The notes under the pieces are model-generated. The model worked only from the letters and a program-made list of their open reading frames with translations. It made no database searches and was not told the DNA's origin. The position numbers and the translations under genes are program-made. This document shows, one piece after another, positions 10,752 to 19,914 of a DNA stretch of 64,000 nucleotides; within the stretch, counting starts at the first letter, position 1; every line of letters begins with the position of its first letter. Origin of the DNA: Candidatus Tenderia sp. (lineage in GTDB: Bacteria > Pseudomonadota > Gammaproteobacteria > Tenderiales > Tenderiaceae); contig JANOSY010000091.1 in the NCBI GenBank assembly GCA_031416075.1, positions 46,237-110,236 on the forward strand, given 5' to 3'.

Positions 10752-10781
10752 ATTGTAAAAAATGTTATGACCACCTCACAA
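10752..10781 (-). promoter_or_regulatory. Putative sigma70 promoter for the pilin gene (TTGTGA-18-TACAAT)
   Basis: Minus-strand hexamers at 10781-10776 and 10757-10752 in an AT-rich intergenic region. Confidence 0.4.
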
Positions 10782-10831
10782 ATGTTTTAAACCGCTTCCG
10801 CCCCCCCCAATAAAGATAAAACCACCGATAG

Positions 10832-11713
10832 TTAACGTATCTGGAAGACCTTCTCATCCCAGAGTATGCCGGCGTACTCATCCACACCTTCGTAGGCCAC
10901 ACGCACCCACGCCCCCGCCGGGATACTACTGTCACGCAAGTTCACGACTAACCGGCGCTTACCAACTTCCGCAAAAATACTGATGTTATCAGCCGTCCCG
11001 ATACGCTCTACAGCAGCCCCGGCATTACGCTGCATATCAACACTCACCCGCCCAACGCAGCCCGCCAGACCACTGCTCTCCATAAGCACTGCAAGCTGAA
11101 GCGGCTGCCCTAGCTCTGTTGCTGGCACAACATCGACACTCGCGATCTTTACCTGTGGAGTCTCAGCCACCTGATGTCTCACCACCACTGGAATCGCCAC
11201 GGACATCTGCATGCTCACCATCAGCGTCATCCCCTTATTATCACCTTCACCCATAATCTTCTGAACACTCATGGGCTCCGAAAGCTCCTCGACGACACGG
11301 AATATCATATGTGAGCGATACTCCCCTGGCTTCATCCCCTTTCCTGGTTTAAATTCAACACGTACACTCTGGTTAGAATTGGGCAGCACCGTGATTTGGC
11401 GCGGTGAGAGACGCAGGTAAGGACTGGCAGACGCATGTTTCTGCTCTTCTCCCTCTTTGTATTCACTGTAAACACCATCCTCTGACATGCGCTGCTCAAG
11501 CCACTCCAAACGATAGGTGCGTGGACCAGAACTAGGGTTACGTAAAATGACTGTGGCCGACCGTTTGTCATCATCCAGATAAACACGTTGCGGGCTGACC
11601 AATACATCCGCCCGTAGTGGCAATGCCAGCAGCATTGCCAGAATAAATGCCACCAAAACCGCCATCGAGCCACACTTACGATACCAACCGTGCGCCACCG
11701 AACTAAAATGCAT
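10832..11713 (-). CDS. Periplasmic fimbrial chaperone (PapD-like)
   Basis: VSPQRV, LRN, LRLSPRQITV..N.QSVRV, GEYRSHM, VAIPVVVR; GGAGG RBS before the ATG at 11713. Confidence 0.88.
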   Translation of the reverse strand: MHFSSVAHGWYRKCGSMAVLVAFILAMLLALPLRADVLVSPQRVYLDDDKRSATVILRNPSSGPRTYRLEWLEQRMSEDGVYSEYKEGEEQKHASASPYLRLSPRQITVLPNSNQSVRVEFKPGKGMKPGEYRSHMIFRVVEELSEPMSVQKIMGEGDNKGMTLMVSMQMSVAIPVVVRHQVAETPQVKIASVDVVPATELGQPLQLAVLMESSGLAGCVGRVSVDMQRNAGAAVERIGTADNISIFAEVGKRRLVVNLRDSSIPAGAWVRVAYEGVDEYAGILWDEKVFQIR

Positions 11714-11777
11714 GAGGCCTCCACATCTTATTTGCCATATTAATAGATTCAAATTTCACAGAACTAATACCGCCCCA

Positions 11778-12728
11778 TTACCAGGCCCGGACACGCAGAC
11801 CCGCGCTATATTTAGGTGCTCCGCCTTCACCCTTATAAACGGCCACTGCGGATTCCGGAAAAACCTTTATGACCTCAACCGCCCCCAGGCGGCTCTCAAT
11901 TTGGTCACTCAGACGAAACAGTTGCAAAGTATCACCGGGGCGAATCAGTGCGGCACCACTGGTGCTGATATATAAACTATCACCCACTACCTTAGTGACA
12001 CGGGCCATCAAGGGCAGACAGGCAAGTTTTTTCAAACCCTGCTCAACCTCGGCATTCAATACAGAATTTAATGCTTCACCCAGCGGCGTAGTGATAAACG
12101 CCCCACGCAATAACGGGCTGCGTGCCAAATTGATCACCTCTGACTCGCTCCCCTCGGCCTGTGTGGCATAAAAGAGAGACGCTATCTGGGTGCCATAAAG
12201 GCCATCAAATATCATTAGTTCAGCATCAACCTGGCGTCGCATCCGTAACGATGGAATGGTGTACCTGCCAACACCAAACTGGTTGCGACTGGTATGCAGG
12301 TTATGAAAACGCACCGCCACCACAAACTGCACATCCAACCGGTTGGCCAGCGCAACAATCCACTCTTGCTGGAGTGGACCGCTGTGAAGATGCTGGTCAC
12401 TGGCATTCACCACCAAGAGCCGCCCACTCTCATTCAGACGCTGCTGCAACAGCTCAGACCAGCGGGCCGTTAATCCCGGCAGATCGCCAGCATCTTGCGG
12501 CTGCAATAGTTCCGTCGCCAGCACCGCTACCTTTTTACGGTAGGAAAAGGGCGCACCCTGCTCTGGATCACAAAAATCTACTTCCACTGGCTTTGCAGGT
12601 TCAACCACTTCACTCTGCACCTCAACAACAGCCTGTGGTGCCACCACCTGACCAGCACAACCGACCAGCAACAACAGGGCAATAGCCCCGCTGAGAAATT
12701 TCGCTAGTAAATTTGTCATGGTCAACAT
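11778..12728 (-). CDS. FlgT-like lipoprotein (middle and C-terminal FlgT domains)
   Basis: Lipobox LLVGC; YRKKVAV; CLPLMARVTKV.GDSLYI...GDTLQLF...VIKVFPESAVA. Confidence 0.7.
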   Translation of the reverse strand: MLTMTNLLAKFLSGAIALLLLVGCAGQVVAPQAVVEVQSEVVEPAKPVEVDFCDPEQGAPFSYRKKVAVLATELLQPQDAGDLPGLTARWSELLQQRLNESGRLLVVNASDQHLHSGPLQQEWIVALANRLDVQFVVAVRFHNLHTSRNQFGVGRYTIPSLRMRRQVDAELMIFDGLYGTQIASLFYATQAEGSESEVINLARSPLLRGAFITTPLGEALNSVLNAEVEQGLKKLACLPLMARVTKVVGDSLYISTSGAALIRPGDTLQLFRLSDQIESRLGAVEVIKVFPESAVAVYKGEGGAPKYSAGLRVRAW

Positions 12729-12802
12729 GAAACGTAGTCCCTGATCCCAAACAATATGTGCATCACCCGGCGGCCAATCAACGCGGGCATATTTACCTGG
12801 AA

Positions 12803-12818
12803 AGCAAAATGCGCGCCA
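12803..12818 (-). promoter_or_regulatory. Sigma54 (-24/-12) promoter
   Basis: TGGCGCGCATTTTGCT, GG-N10-GC spacing, close to the TGGCACG-N4-TTGCW consensus, 75 bp upstream of the FlgT-like gene. Confidence 0.7.
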
Positions 12819-12935
12819 CTCTTAAAATAAAATGGTGGCCAAAGAGAAGACGGAGGAATCAGCAGCCCTGCAACAAGCCAATCTGGCAATACTTGAATGT
12901 GATGGCTCAGCCAAACCATACAGCGCCGTAGCCAT

Positions 12936-12975
12936 AAAAAAAGCGGCTATACCCTGTGGGCATAGCCGCTTTTTT
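12936..12975. terminator. Bidirectional-type intrinsic terminator after trpE
   Basis: A7-GCGGCTAT...ATAGCCGC-T6. Confidence 0.88.
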
Positions 12976-13044
12976 GAACACTGGCCGACCTCTTCAACAA
13001 GGTGCTCGTACCCAGCTACAACCGTTTTATATCAGAGCAGCCCC

Positions 13045-14529
13045 TTACTCCAGGCCTGCTTCAGCCATGGCGACGGCGCGAAAGATAGCCCGCCCCTTGT
13101 TCATGGTCTCATCCCATTCGTTCTTAGCCACTGAGTCAGACACCACACCGGCACCGGCCTGGATATGCAGCTTGCCGTCTTTGATAACGGCCGTGCGAAT
13201 GGCGATGGCGGTATCCATATTGCCGTTCCAACCAATGTAACCCACGGCACCACCATAGACACCCCGTTTCACCGGTTCCAGTTCGTCAATAATCTCCATG
13301 GCACGAATTTTTGGCGCGCCAGAGAGCGTACCCGCCGGAAATGTGGCGCGCAGTACATCCATCGCATTGAGTCCTGGCTTTAACTTGCCGGTAACGTTGG
13401 AGACGATGTGCATGACGTGTGAATAGCGCTCAACCGCCATCTTTTCCGTAATTTTGACAGAACCAATCTCGGCAACACGACCCACATCGTTGCGTCCCAG
13501 ATCGATGAGCATCAGATGCTCCGCCAGCTCTTTGGGGTCGGCCAGTAACTCTTGCTCCAGTGCCAGATCCTGCTCCGGTGTCGCCCCCCGTGGCCGGGTG
13601 CCCGCAATTGGACGCACTGTCACCTCACCATCCTCCAGCCGTGTCAATATCTCCGGTGAGGAGCCCACCACCTGGAACCCATCCAGATTGAGATAAAACA
13701 TATAAGGTGATGGATTGAGACTCCGCAGGGCGCGGTAAAGATCCAGCGGCTCCGCTGTATATGGAATGCTCAGGCGTTGCGACAATACCACCTGCATACA
13801 GTCACCCTCAACGATGTACTGCTTAACTCGATTCACTGCTGACTCAAACGCCCGCTTGCCAAAGCCGGATCTGAAGTCGTTTTCAACCACACGGCGGGGT
13901 TCACGCTTCTTGGCGGCGGCTGGCAACGCCTGATGGCGTAGCTGCCCCACAATCCCATCGAGACGTTTTTGCCCCTGCTCGTACGCCCCCTCCAGGGCAG
14001 GATCAACATGCACAACCACGTATAATCGGCCACGCAGATTATCAAAGACCACCACCTCATCCGAGACCAACAACAGGATATCCGGCACATCAAGGGGGTC
14101 TTCATTCACCTTATCCTTCAAACACGGCTCGATATAACGGACAGTATCGTAACCAAAGTAACCCACCAGACCGCCAGTAAAGCGCGGCAAACCTGGAACG
14201 GCAGGTACTTTGAACTGGGCGCGAAAGGCTTCAATGGCGGCCAGCGGATCATCCACCGTGGTTTTGCCCAACACTTTGCCTTCGTGTTCGACACTCATCT
14301 CATAGCCACGCACCTTAAGCACCGTGCGGCACGGCAGGCCGATGATTGAATAACGGCCCCACTTTTCACCGCCCTCAACAGACTCAAAGAGATAGGAGTA
14401 GGGTTCACTGGCCAGTTTCAGGTAAATACTTAGAGGAGTATCCAGATCCGCCATCACTTCACGCATCAGCGGTATGCGGTTATAACCCTCCGCAGCCAGG
14501 GCATCGAACTGTTCATGAGTCATGATCAT
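13045..14529 (-). CDS. trpE: Anthranilate synthase component I
   Basis: [44 protein letters not shown]. Confidence 0.98.
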   Translation of the reverse strand: MIMTHEQFDALAAEGYNRIPLMREVMADLDTPLSIYLKLASEPYSYLFESVEGGEKWGRYSIIGLPCRTVLKVRGYEMSVEHEGKVLGKTTVDDPLAAIEAFRAQFKVPAVPGLPRFTGGLVGYFGYDTVRYIEPCLKDKVNEDPLDVPDILLLVSDEVVVFDNLRGRLYVVVHVDPALEGAYEQGQKRLDGIVGQLRHQALPAAAKKREPRRVVENDFRSGFGKRAFESAVNRVKQYIVEGDCMQVVLSQRLSIPYTAEPLDLYRALRSLNPSPYMFYLNLDGFQVVGSSPEILTRLEDGEVTVRPIAGTRPRGATPEQDLALEQELLADPKELAEHLMLIDLGRNDVGRVAEIGSVKITEKMAVERYSHVMHIVSNVTGKLKPGLNAMDVLRATFPAGTLSGAPKIRAMEIIDELEPVKRGVYGGAVGYIGWNGNMDTAIAIRTAVIKDGKLHIQAGAGVVSDSVAKNEWDETMNKGRAIFRAVAMAEAGLE

Positions 14530-14578
14530 CACCTTTCAATTACATTTATCCATAAATCCAAACGCCATACGCGGTGCA

Positions 14579-14647
14579 TCACCATCGTCTGCCAGAGTGG
14601 TTCATGACAATATGTACTTGTTGGGTAACTGTTATCCCGTTATTCAT
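14579..14647 (-). promoter_or_regulatory. Possible Trp leader peptide (MNNGITVTQQVHIVMNHSGRRW*) upstream of trpE
   Basis: ATGA-coupled to the gph stop and ends RRW; an overlapping second uORF (14585-14529) has two Trp codons. Confidence 0.4.
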
Positions 14648-15327
14648 GCAATTTTCTCAAACAGCCCTTTCAGATCGGCCAGTGACTCAACCAGATCATC
14701 CGGCTTTGCCTCAAGGATATCCTGGCCATGATTATAACCATAAGGCACACAAACCACCTGGAACCCCGCATTGCGGGCCGCCTGCACATCATGCATGGAG
14801 TCGCCGACCATCAAGCAATCAGCCGCAGCCACACCGAGCTGTTCAGCCGCGTAGAGTAACGGCATCGGATCCGGCTTCTTCTTGGCAGTGGTATCACCAC
14901 TCACCACCAGATCAAACCGGTCATAAATGGCCATATCCTTCAACAACGGCACTGTAAACGCCGCCGCCTTATTGGTAACACAACCGATCTTGATGCCACT
15001 AGCCTTAAGGTACTCAAGCCCCTCAACCACACCCTCATACAGACAGCTGCGGCCACTGGTATTGTTGGCGTAGAGTTCCATATAGATCGGTAACGCCTTT
15101 TCAAACTCGGCAGGATCGGGGTCGACCCACAACTCATTGGTAAGCGCCCGCATTACCAGACGCTCAACACCATTGCCAACCCACATGCGCACCTTGGCCT
15201 CACCCCATGCCGGACGACCTAACGCCTTCATCATCTCGTCAGTGCAATAAGCCAGATCAGGCACACTATCAACCATCGTGCCATCAAGATCGATCAAAAC
15301 CAGCCTTGGTACTTTGTTCAAGCTCAT
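14644..15327 (-). CDS. gph: Phosphoglycolate phosphatase
   Basis: HAD DLDGTMVDS, KKPDP, MVGDS; rpe-gph-trpE synteny. Confidence 0.95.
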   Translation of the reverse strand: MSLNKVPRLVLIDLDGTMVDSVPDLAYCTDEMMKALGRPAWGEAKVRMWVGNGVERLVMRALTNELWVDPDPAEFEKALPIYMELYANNTSGRSCLYEGVVEGLEYLKASGIKIGCVTNKAAAFTVPLLKDMAIYDRFDLVVSGDTTAKKKPDPMPLLYAAEQLGVAAADCLMVGDSMHDVQAARNAGFQVVCVPYGYNHGQDILEAKPDDLVESLADLKGLFEKIA

Positions 15328-15333
15328 CAGCCG

Positions 15334-16023
15334 TTATTTCGCTTTAGCAAGTTCGGCACGCATCGCAGCAACCACTGTATCGTAGCCGTTAGCATCGCTG
15401 CTCTTGCTCGCGCCAAAAATCGCTGACCCAGCAACAAAGGTATCTGCACCTGCTTCAGCAATCGCACGAATGTTCTCCACCTTAACGCCACCATCAATCT
15501 CAAGGCGGATATCACGACCAGAGGCATCGATGATCTTGCGTGCCTCACGCAGCTTATCGAGCGTGGCAGGGATAAAGCTCTGGCCACCAAAACCGGGGTT
15601 AACCGACATCAATAGCACCATATCGACCTTATCAATCACATATTTCAATACATCCAGCGAGGTGGCCGGATTGAAAACCAGACCCGCTTTACACCCTTCA
15701 CCCTTAATCAACTGCAAGGTGCGATCGATATGCTCAGAGGCTTCGGGGTGGAAGGTAATATAGGTGGCACCCGCCTTGGCAAAGTCAGGAATGATCCGGT
15801 CAACCGGCTTCACCATTAGATGTACATCGATCGGTGCCGTTACGCCATGTTTGCGTAACGCTTCACAAACCAGAGGGCCAATCGTCAAATTCGGTACATA
15901 GTGGTTATCCATAACATCAAAATGCACGATGTCCGTACCGGCATTTAATACATTCACCACTTCCTCACCCAAACGGGCAAAATCGGCGGACAAAATCGAA
16001 GGGGCGATTTTGAAATCTAACAT
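15334..16023 (-). CDS. rpe: Ribulose-phosphate 3-epimerase
   Basis: [35 protein letters not shown]. Confidence 0.98.
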   Translation of the reverse strand: MLDFKIAPSILSADFARLGEEVVNVLNAGTDIVHFDVMDNHYVPNLTIGPLVCEALRKHGVTAPIDVHLMVKPVDRIIPDFAKAGATYITFHPEASEHIDRTLQLIKGEGCKAGLVFNPATSLDVLKYVIDKVDMVLLMSVNPGFGGQSFIPATLDKLREARKIIDASGRDIRLEIDGGVKVENIRAIAEAGADTFVAGSAIFGASKSSDANGYDTVVAAMRAELAKAK

Positions 16024-16179
16024 GGCAAACCTCTACATTGTTTTAGATTAATCAATGACTTCTGCGGATCTCAGGTAAAGCACGCAGAGCAAACAGCCGC
16101 TAACTCTACCCGAATAGAGCAAAACTTTCACTCTCAGCGACTCAACAATTGCCCCTGCAATTTGGACCCATCGTAAACG

Positions 16180-17097
16180 GTGCTCATAATAAATATAAAA
16201 AACAATAAGTTATATTCTTTTCTCCATTTAGCTTGGTGGTTATTACTCATTACCCCAACACTGCTAGCTGCTGAAGATTTATCACCCATACAAGCACAAA
16301 ATGAACTTAACCTGGCAGAAGCACTGGCAAGCAGACTCAACCCCGGTGAGGCGCTCTGGCTGGATACAGAGCAAGATAAATTTTTGGCTATATATACACC
16401 CAATCTAAACGGCCACCCCAAGGGAGGAACCGTGATCCTTCATGACGCCAACGGCCACCCAGACTGGCCCAATGTCATCAAACCACTGCGCAAATCATTA
16501 CCGCTTTACGGCTGGGCCACCCTCTCAGTCCAGCTGCCTCAACTCAACAACATTGATGGCTACATCCCCTATCAACAACTCATCAACAGCCGAATTCAAA
16601 AAGCCGTCAAGCACCTACAATCAACCGGCATCAGTAATATCGTGGTCATCGGTCACGGCAGTGGTGGCATGGCCGCGGCCGCCTATCTTGCCAGTGACAA
16701 CAGCCCCCCGGAGATCCGCGGTTTTATCGGCATTGGCCTGAGTGTCATTCCATCAGAGCACAATGAAAACTACCTACCACTACACCTTGAAAAGATAAAA
16801 CTGCCCATCCTTGACATCTATGGCAGTCGCGACCTCAGCAGCGTTATCAATACTGCCGGGCAACGCTCTCAAGCAGCCAAGCAGTCCAGCCTTAACGCTG
16901 CCAACAACAACGAACAAGAACCCTACAAAAAAGCAGGACTATCGATGACCACCAACAACGTGCAAGGATACATCGCATATCGACAGGTCATCATCGACAG
17001 TGCCAATCACAACTTCGAGAGGGAAGCCAACACACTCAGCAAACGCGTGTTAGGCTGGCTCGACCGCCATACCAGAGACACAGTCATCCCACCATAG
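16180..17097 (+). CDS. DUF3530-family alpha/beta-hydrolase-like protein
   Basis: ILHDANGHPDWP..I.PLR, GWATLS, GHGSGG, PILDIY. Confidence 0.78.
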   Translation: MLIINIKNNKLYSFLHLAWWLLLITPTLLAAEDLSPIQAQNELNLAEALASRLNPGEALWLDTEQDKFLAIYTPNLNGHPKGGTVILHDANGHPDWPNVIKPLRKSLPLYGWATLSVQLPQLNNIDGYIPYQQLINSRIQKAVKHLQSTGISNIVVIGHGSGGMAAAAYLASDNSPPEIRGFIGIGLSVIPSEHNENYLPLHLEKIKLPILDIYGSRDLSSVINTAGQRSQAAKQSSLNAANNNEQEPYKKAGLSMTTNNVQGYIAYRQVIIDSANHNFEREANTLSKRVLGWLDRHTRDTVIPP

Positions 17098-17105
17098 AGG
17101 TAACA

Positions 17106-17561
17106 ATGTCCATCGCAATCACACTTCACCTGCTCGCCGCCATGATCTGGATCGGCGGAATGTTTTTCGCCTACATGGTGCTTCGTCCATGCGCCGCACA
17201 ACTACTGCCACCACCACAACGAATCACACTCTGGCACGGCTGTTTCAAACAGTTCTTTCCATGGGTATGGGGCAGCATAATAGTACTTGCAGGAACAGGC
17301 TACGGCATGACGCTGCTGCTTTTTGGTGGGATTAGTGGCAGTGGTTGGCACATAAAGGTTATGGGGTTCAACGGCTTACTAATGATCACCCTTTTTATCT
17401 ATCTATATCTACATCCTTACGCCCAATTTAAACGTCTGGTGGATAAAGAAAACTACCCAGAAGCCGGGCAGGCATTAGCCACCATCAGAACCGTTATCGG
17501 AACCAACCTGATCATCGGCCTATTAACCACTATCACCGCAGCAATGGGCCGAACCAGCTAA
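17106..17561 (+). CDS. CopD-like four-TM membrane protein
   Basis: LHLLAAMIWIGGMFFAYMVLRP. Confidence 0.8.
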   Translation: MSIAITLHLLAAMIWIGGMFFAYMVLRPCAAQLLPPPQRITLWHGCFKQFFPWVWGSIIVLAGTGYGMTLLLFGGISGSGWHIKVMGFNGLLMITLFIYLYLHPYAQFKRLVDKENYPEAGQALATIRTVIGTNLIIGLLTTITAAMGRTS

Positions 17562-17691
17562 GGAACCTCTGAATAAATCCTCCGTTCGTGGTGAGCTTGT
17601 CGAACCATGAATAGAGGACAGTTAACAATCAATAGGTTATGTTGCCAGCCCTTCGACAGGCTCAGGGCGAACGGGGTTATTCAGAGGTTCT
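17562..17691. mobile_element. 130-bp MITE with IS5-like ends and CTAA target duplication, containing a REP-like inverted repeat
   Basis: GGAACCTCTGAATAA / TTATTCAGAGGTTCT (14/15 inverted match); CTAA on both flanks; internal CCGTTCGTGGTGAGCTTGTCGAA / TTCGACAGGCTCAGGGCGAACGG. Confidence 0.8.
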
Positions 17692-17718
17692 CTAACACTA
17701 ATGGACCAAAATTTTGGC

Positions 17719-17747
17719 AAAAAAAAGCGGGGCACACCCCGCTTTTT
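17719..17747. terminator. Bidirectional intrinsic terminator between convergent genes
   Basis: A8-GCGGGG-caca-CCCCGC-T5. Confidence 0.88.
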
Positions 17748-17770
17748 ACATTCTATAGAAAAGCTTAATT

Positions 17771-18808
17771 TCAGCTACGGATCAAACCATAACGAGTCAA
17801 ACTCCACTTCACGGCCACCCAAGAGACCGCTACAACGGCAATAGTCACACCAATATCCCACAATGAACTCATCGGCGTATGGTAGTACTGAGGATCAGTA
17901 GAACCTGAGATCCACGTATAACGTTCCAACCACGAGCCTATCAAGATGCTAAAGGCCACCATTACAATTACAACCGGGTTATGGCGGTTAGGTGTAAATG
18001 CCAGCGTACAGAACGGAATGACAAACTTAAGCACCAGGAAGAGCCACCACAGACCACTCATATAATCCATCATATTGTCATAACGAATCATCTCCTCAGG
18101 CAGACGTCCGTACCACATGATCAGATACTGAGTGAAATAGAGGTAAGTCCAGAGAATAGTCATCGCCAGCATAAACTGAGCCATAAAATTGAAGATATAA
18201 CTCTGAACACCACCCGCTACCAATTTGCCTGAGCGATTCAAGAAGAACAGGAAAATAGTGAAGAAGGCCAAGAACATATGAAAATTACTTTGGAAATGGT
18301 ACGCACCATAACTGGCACTATGCCAACCAGGGTTCAACCCTTGAGTCATTTCGAAGTCCCACGCCACCATCGAGCCATAAGCAAAATAGAAAAATGGAAT
18401 CAGCAGGGCAATATTCCGGAATCGACGTTGCGCCACATATGAACTATCAATTGCGGCTTGATGTTGAAGCTTAATAAACAGCAGGTAGAGGCCTGCAACA
18501 ACCAAGAAACCTACCACCTCCCTCGCAACCAGGAATGTATAATTGTGCCAACCAGGCAGATGATGCTCAGCATCATGTGCATGAGTCAGCCATGGAAACG
18601 CAGCCTCACCAGACGCCAGTATTATCAACAACAATACAAACGCTATTGGAAATAACACCGCCAGCGAACAGGCCAGATAACGAACCTGGAAACGCCATTG
18701 ACCGTTACACAGATGTAACACAGCTGACAGGGTCACACCACCCAACGCCAGATATAGCACTAATATGAAGTTGGTCATCACAACCGACCAGAAGCCAAAG
18801 TTTTCCAT
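17771..18808 (-). CDS. actF: Alternative complex III membrane subunit ActF
   Basis: Multi-TM; AWDFEM..PGWHS..YG, LWTYLYFTQYLIMWYG.LPEE. Confidence 0.85.
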   Translation of the reverse strand: MENFGFWSVVMTNFILVLYLALGGVTLSAVLHLCNGQWRFQVRYLACSLAVLFPIAFVLLLIILASGEAAFPWLTHAHDAEHHLPGWHNYTFLVAREVVGFLVVAGLYLLFIKLQHQAAIDSSYVAQRRFRNIALLIPFFYFAYGSMVAWDFEMTQGLNPGWHSASYGAYHFQSNFHMFLAFFTIFLFFLNRSGKLVAGGVQSYIFNFMAQFMLAMTILWTYLYFTQYLIMWYGRLPEEMIRYDNMMDYMSGLWWLFLVLKFVIPFCTLAFTPNRHNPVVIVMVAFSILIGSWLERYTWISGSTDPQYYHTPMSSLWDIGVTIAVVAVSWVAVKWSLTRYGLIRS

Positions 18809-18841
18809 GCTACCCCTCGTAATTTATTGAATTTTTACTCA

Positions 18842-19384
18842 TTACTTGGCCACAACAGAACTGGCAGCCGCCGCATGGTCTTTCACTAGACCATTTTTAA
18901 TGTAATTAACAACGTGCCAGCGTTCTTCAACACTGAGGTCATTAGAGCCACGTTTACCCTGCGGCACACCGTATGCCGGCATAACATAGCTACCAAACGT
19001 AATAGTTCCCCAGAGCCAACCTTCACTTAAGTTTTCTTGGACATAGCTATCTGTCAGACTAATCGCACCGATCTTGCTACTCACAGGTGAGTCAGCCGCA
19101 CCTGTCAAACCATGACAAGCCGCACAATATATTACAAACAACCCTTGCCCTTTTTTAAGCGACTCAGGCGACACAGCTACCGGATTTACCATCTCCTTTG
19201 CTTCATCTCTACTAGCAACCTTGGTTGGAATCCCTGTAGTTGGAATAGAGCGCTCAGGAAAGGGGATCATCACCCCCTCTTGAGGCTTGATGCTCGGCTG
19301 GTTCATCATATCGGTTGACCATGGCCAAGCCAACGCCGCAGTTGGCACCATCAGTGCGCCCGCAATTACACTCTTAAACCTCAT
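18842..19384 (-). CDS. actE: Alternative complex III monoheme cytochrome c ActE
   Basis: DMMNQPSIKPQE, CAACH, MPAYG, ERWHVVNYI. Confidence 0.88.
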   Translation of the reverse strand: MRFKSVIAGALMVPTAALAWPWSTDMMNQPSIKPQEGVMIPFPERSIPTTGIPTKVASRDEAKEMVNPVAVSPESLKKGQGLFVIYCAACHGLTGAADSPVSSKIGAISLTDSYVQENLSEGWLWGTITFGSYVMPAYGVPQGKRGSNDLSVEERWHVVNYIKNGLVKDHAAAASSVVAK

Positions 19385-19914
19385 TGCGACACCTCTTCAC
19401 GAATTTCCAGCACTTTATGCTTTTTGAACAGTTCCTTGATCGGATTGATATTTTTTTCATCCAGCTCCAACAACACCCCAATCTGGTCAAGACTGACCTT
19501 CTCGGAGTAAAGCGGATGACGTCTGGTGAACAAACGCGCACTAATGAAAAAGCCGACGACGGTTGACAGCACTCCGAAGAGGATTAGTAGTTCGTAGGTC
19601 AGCACTATATTAGATGGCAAGGGTATAACAGGTTTACCGCCCTGCGGCTGAACCAGGAAACTTGCCTGAGCTGAAGCCAGGAACAGAAAACCAAAACACA
19701 TTCCAAAAATCGCACCAAACAAAGTGAACTTCGGTATTGGCGAGCCTCTGTCTCCTAAAACCTCTTCAATTTCAGGATGCTCTATTGGAGACTTCAAGGT
19801 CACATCATCAACCGAAACCCCTGGAACCGCATGGTTACGGATCTCAGCGATGGTGGCAAACGCCTCCTCAAAGTTGCTAAACAAACCCATGACGTAATAA
19901 CGCTTCATGATCAA
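19381..19914 (-). CDS. actD: Alternative complex III subunit ActD (DUF3341)
   Basis: GGKP.IPLPS.IVLTYEL.ILFG; two TM helices. Confidence 0.88.
   Translation of the reverse strand: MIMKRYYVMGLFSNFEEAFATIAEIRNHAVPGVSVDDVTLKSPIEHPEIEEVLGDRGSPIPKFTLFGAIFGMCFGFLFLASAQASFLVQPQGGKPVIPLPSNIVLTYELLILFGVLSTVVGFFISARLFTRRHPLYSEKVSLDQIGVLLELDEKNINPIKELFKKHKVLEIREEVSQ

Noticed and set aside
10765-10781. CRP-like site upstream of the pilin
   Set aside because: TATGA and TCACA half-sites are 5 bp apart rather than 6
10396-10813. Plus-strand ORFs with IIYYLLF repeats
   Set aside because: They are translations of the (TATTTAT)12 repeat; one is antisense to the pilin
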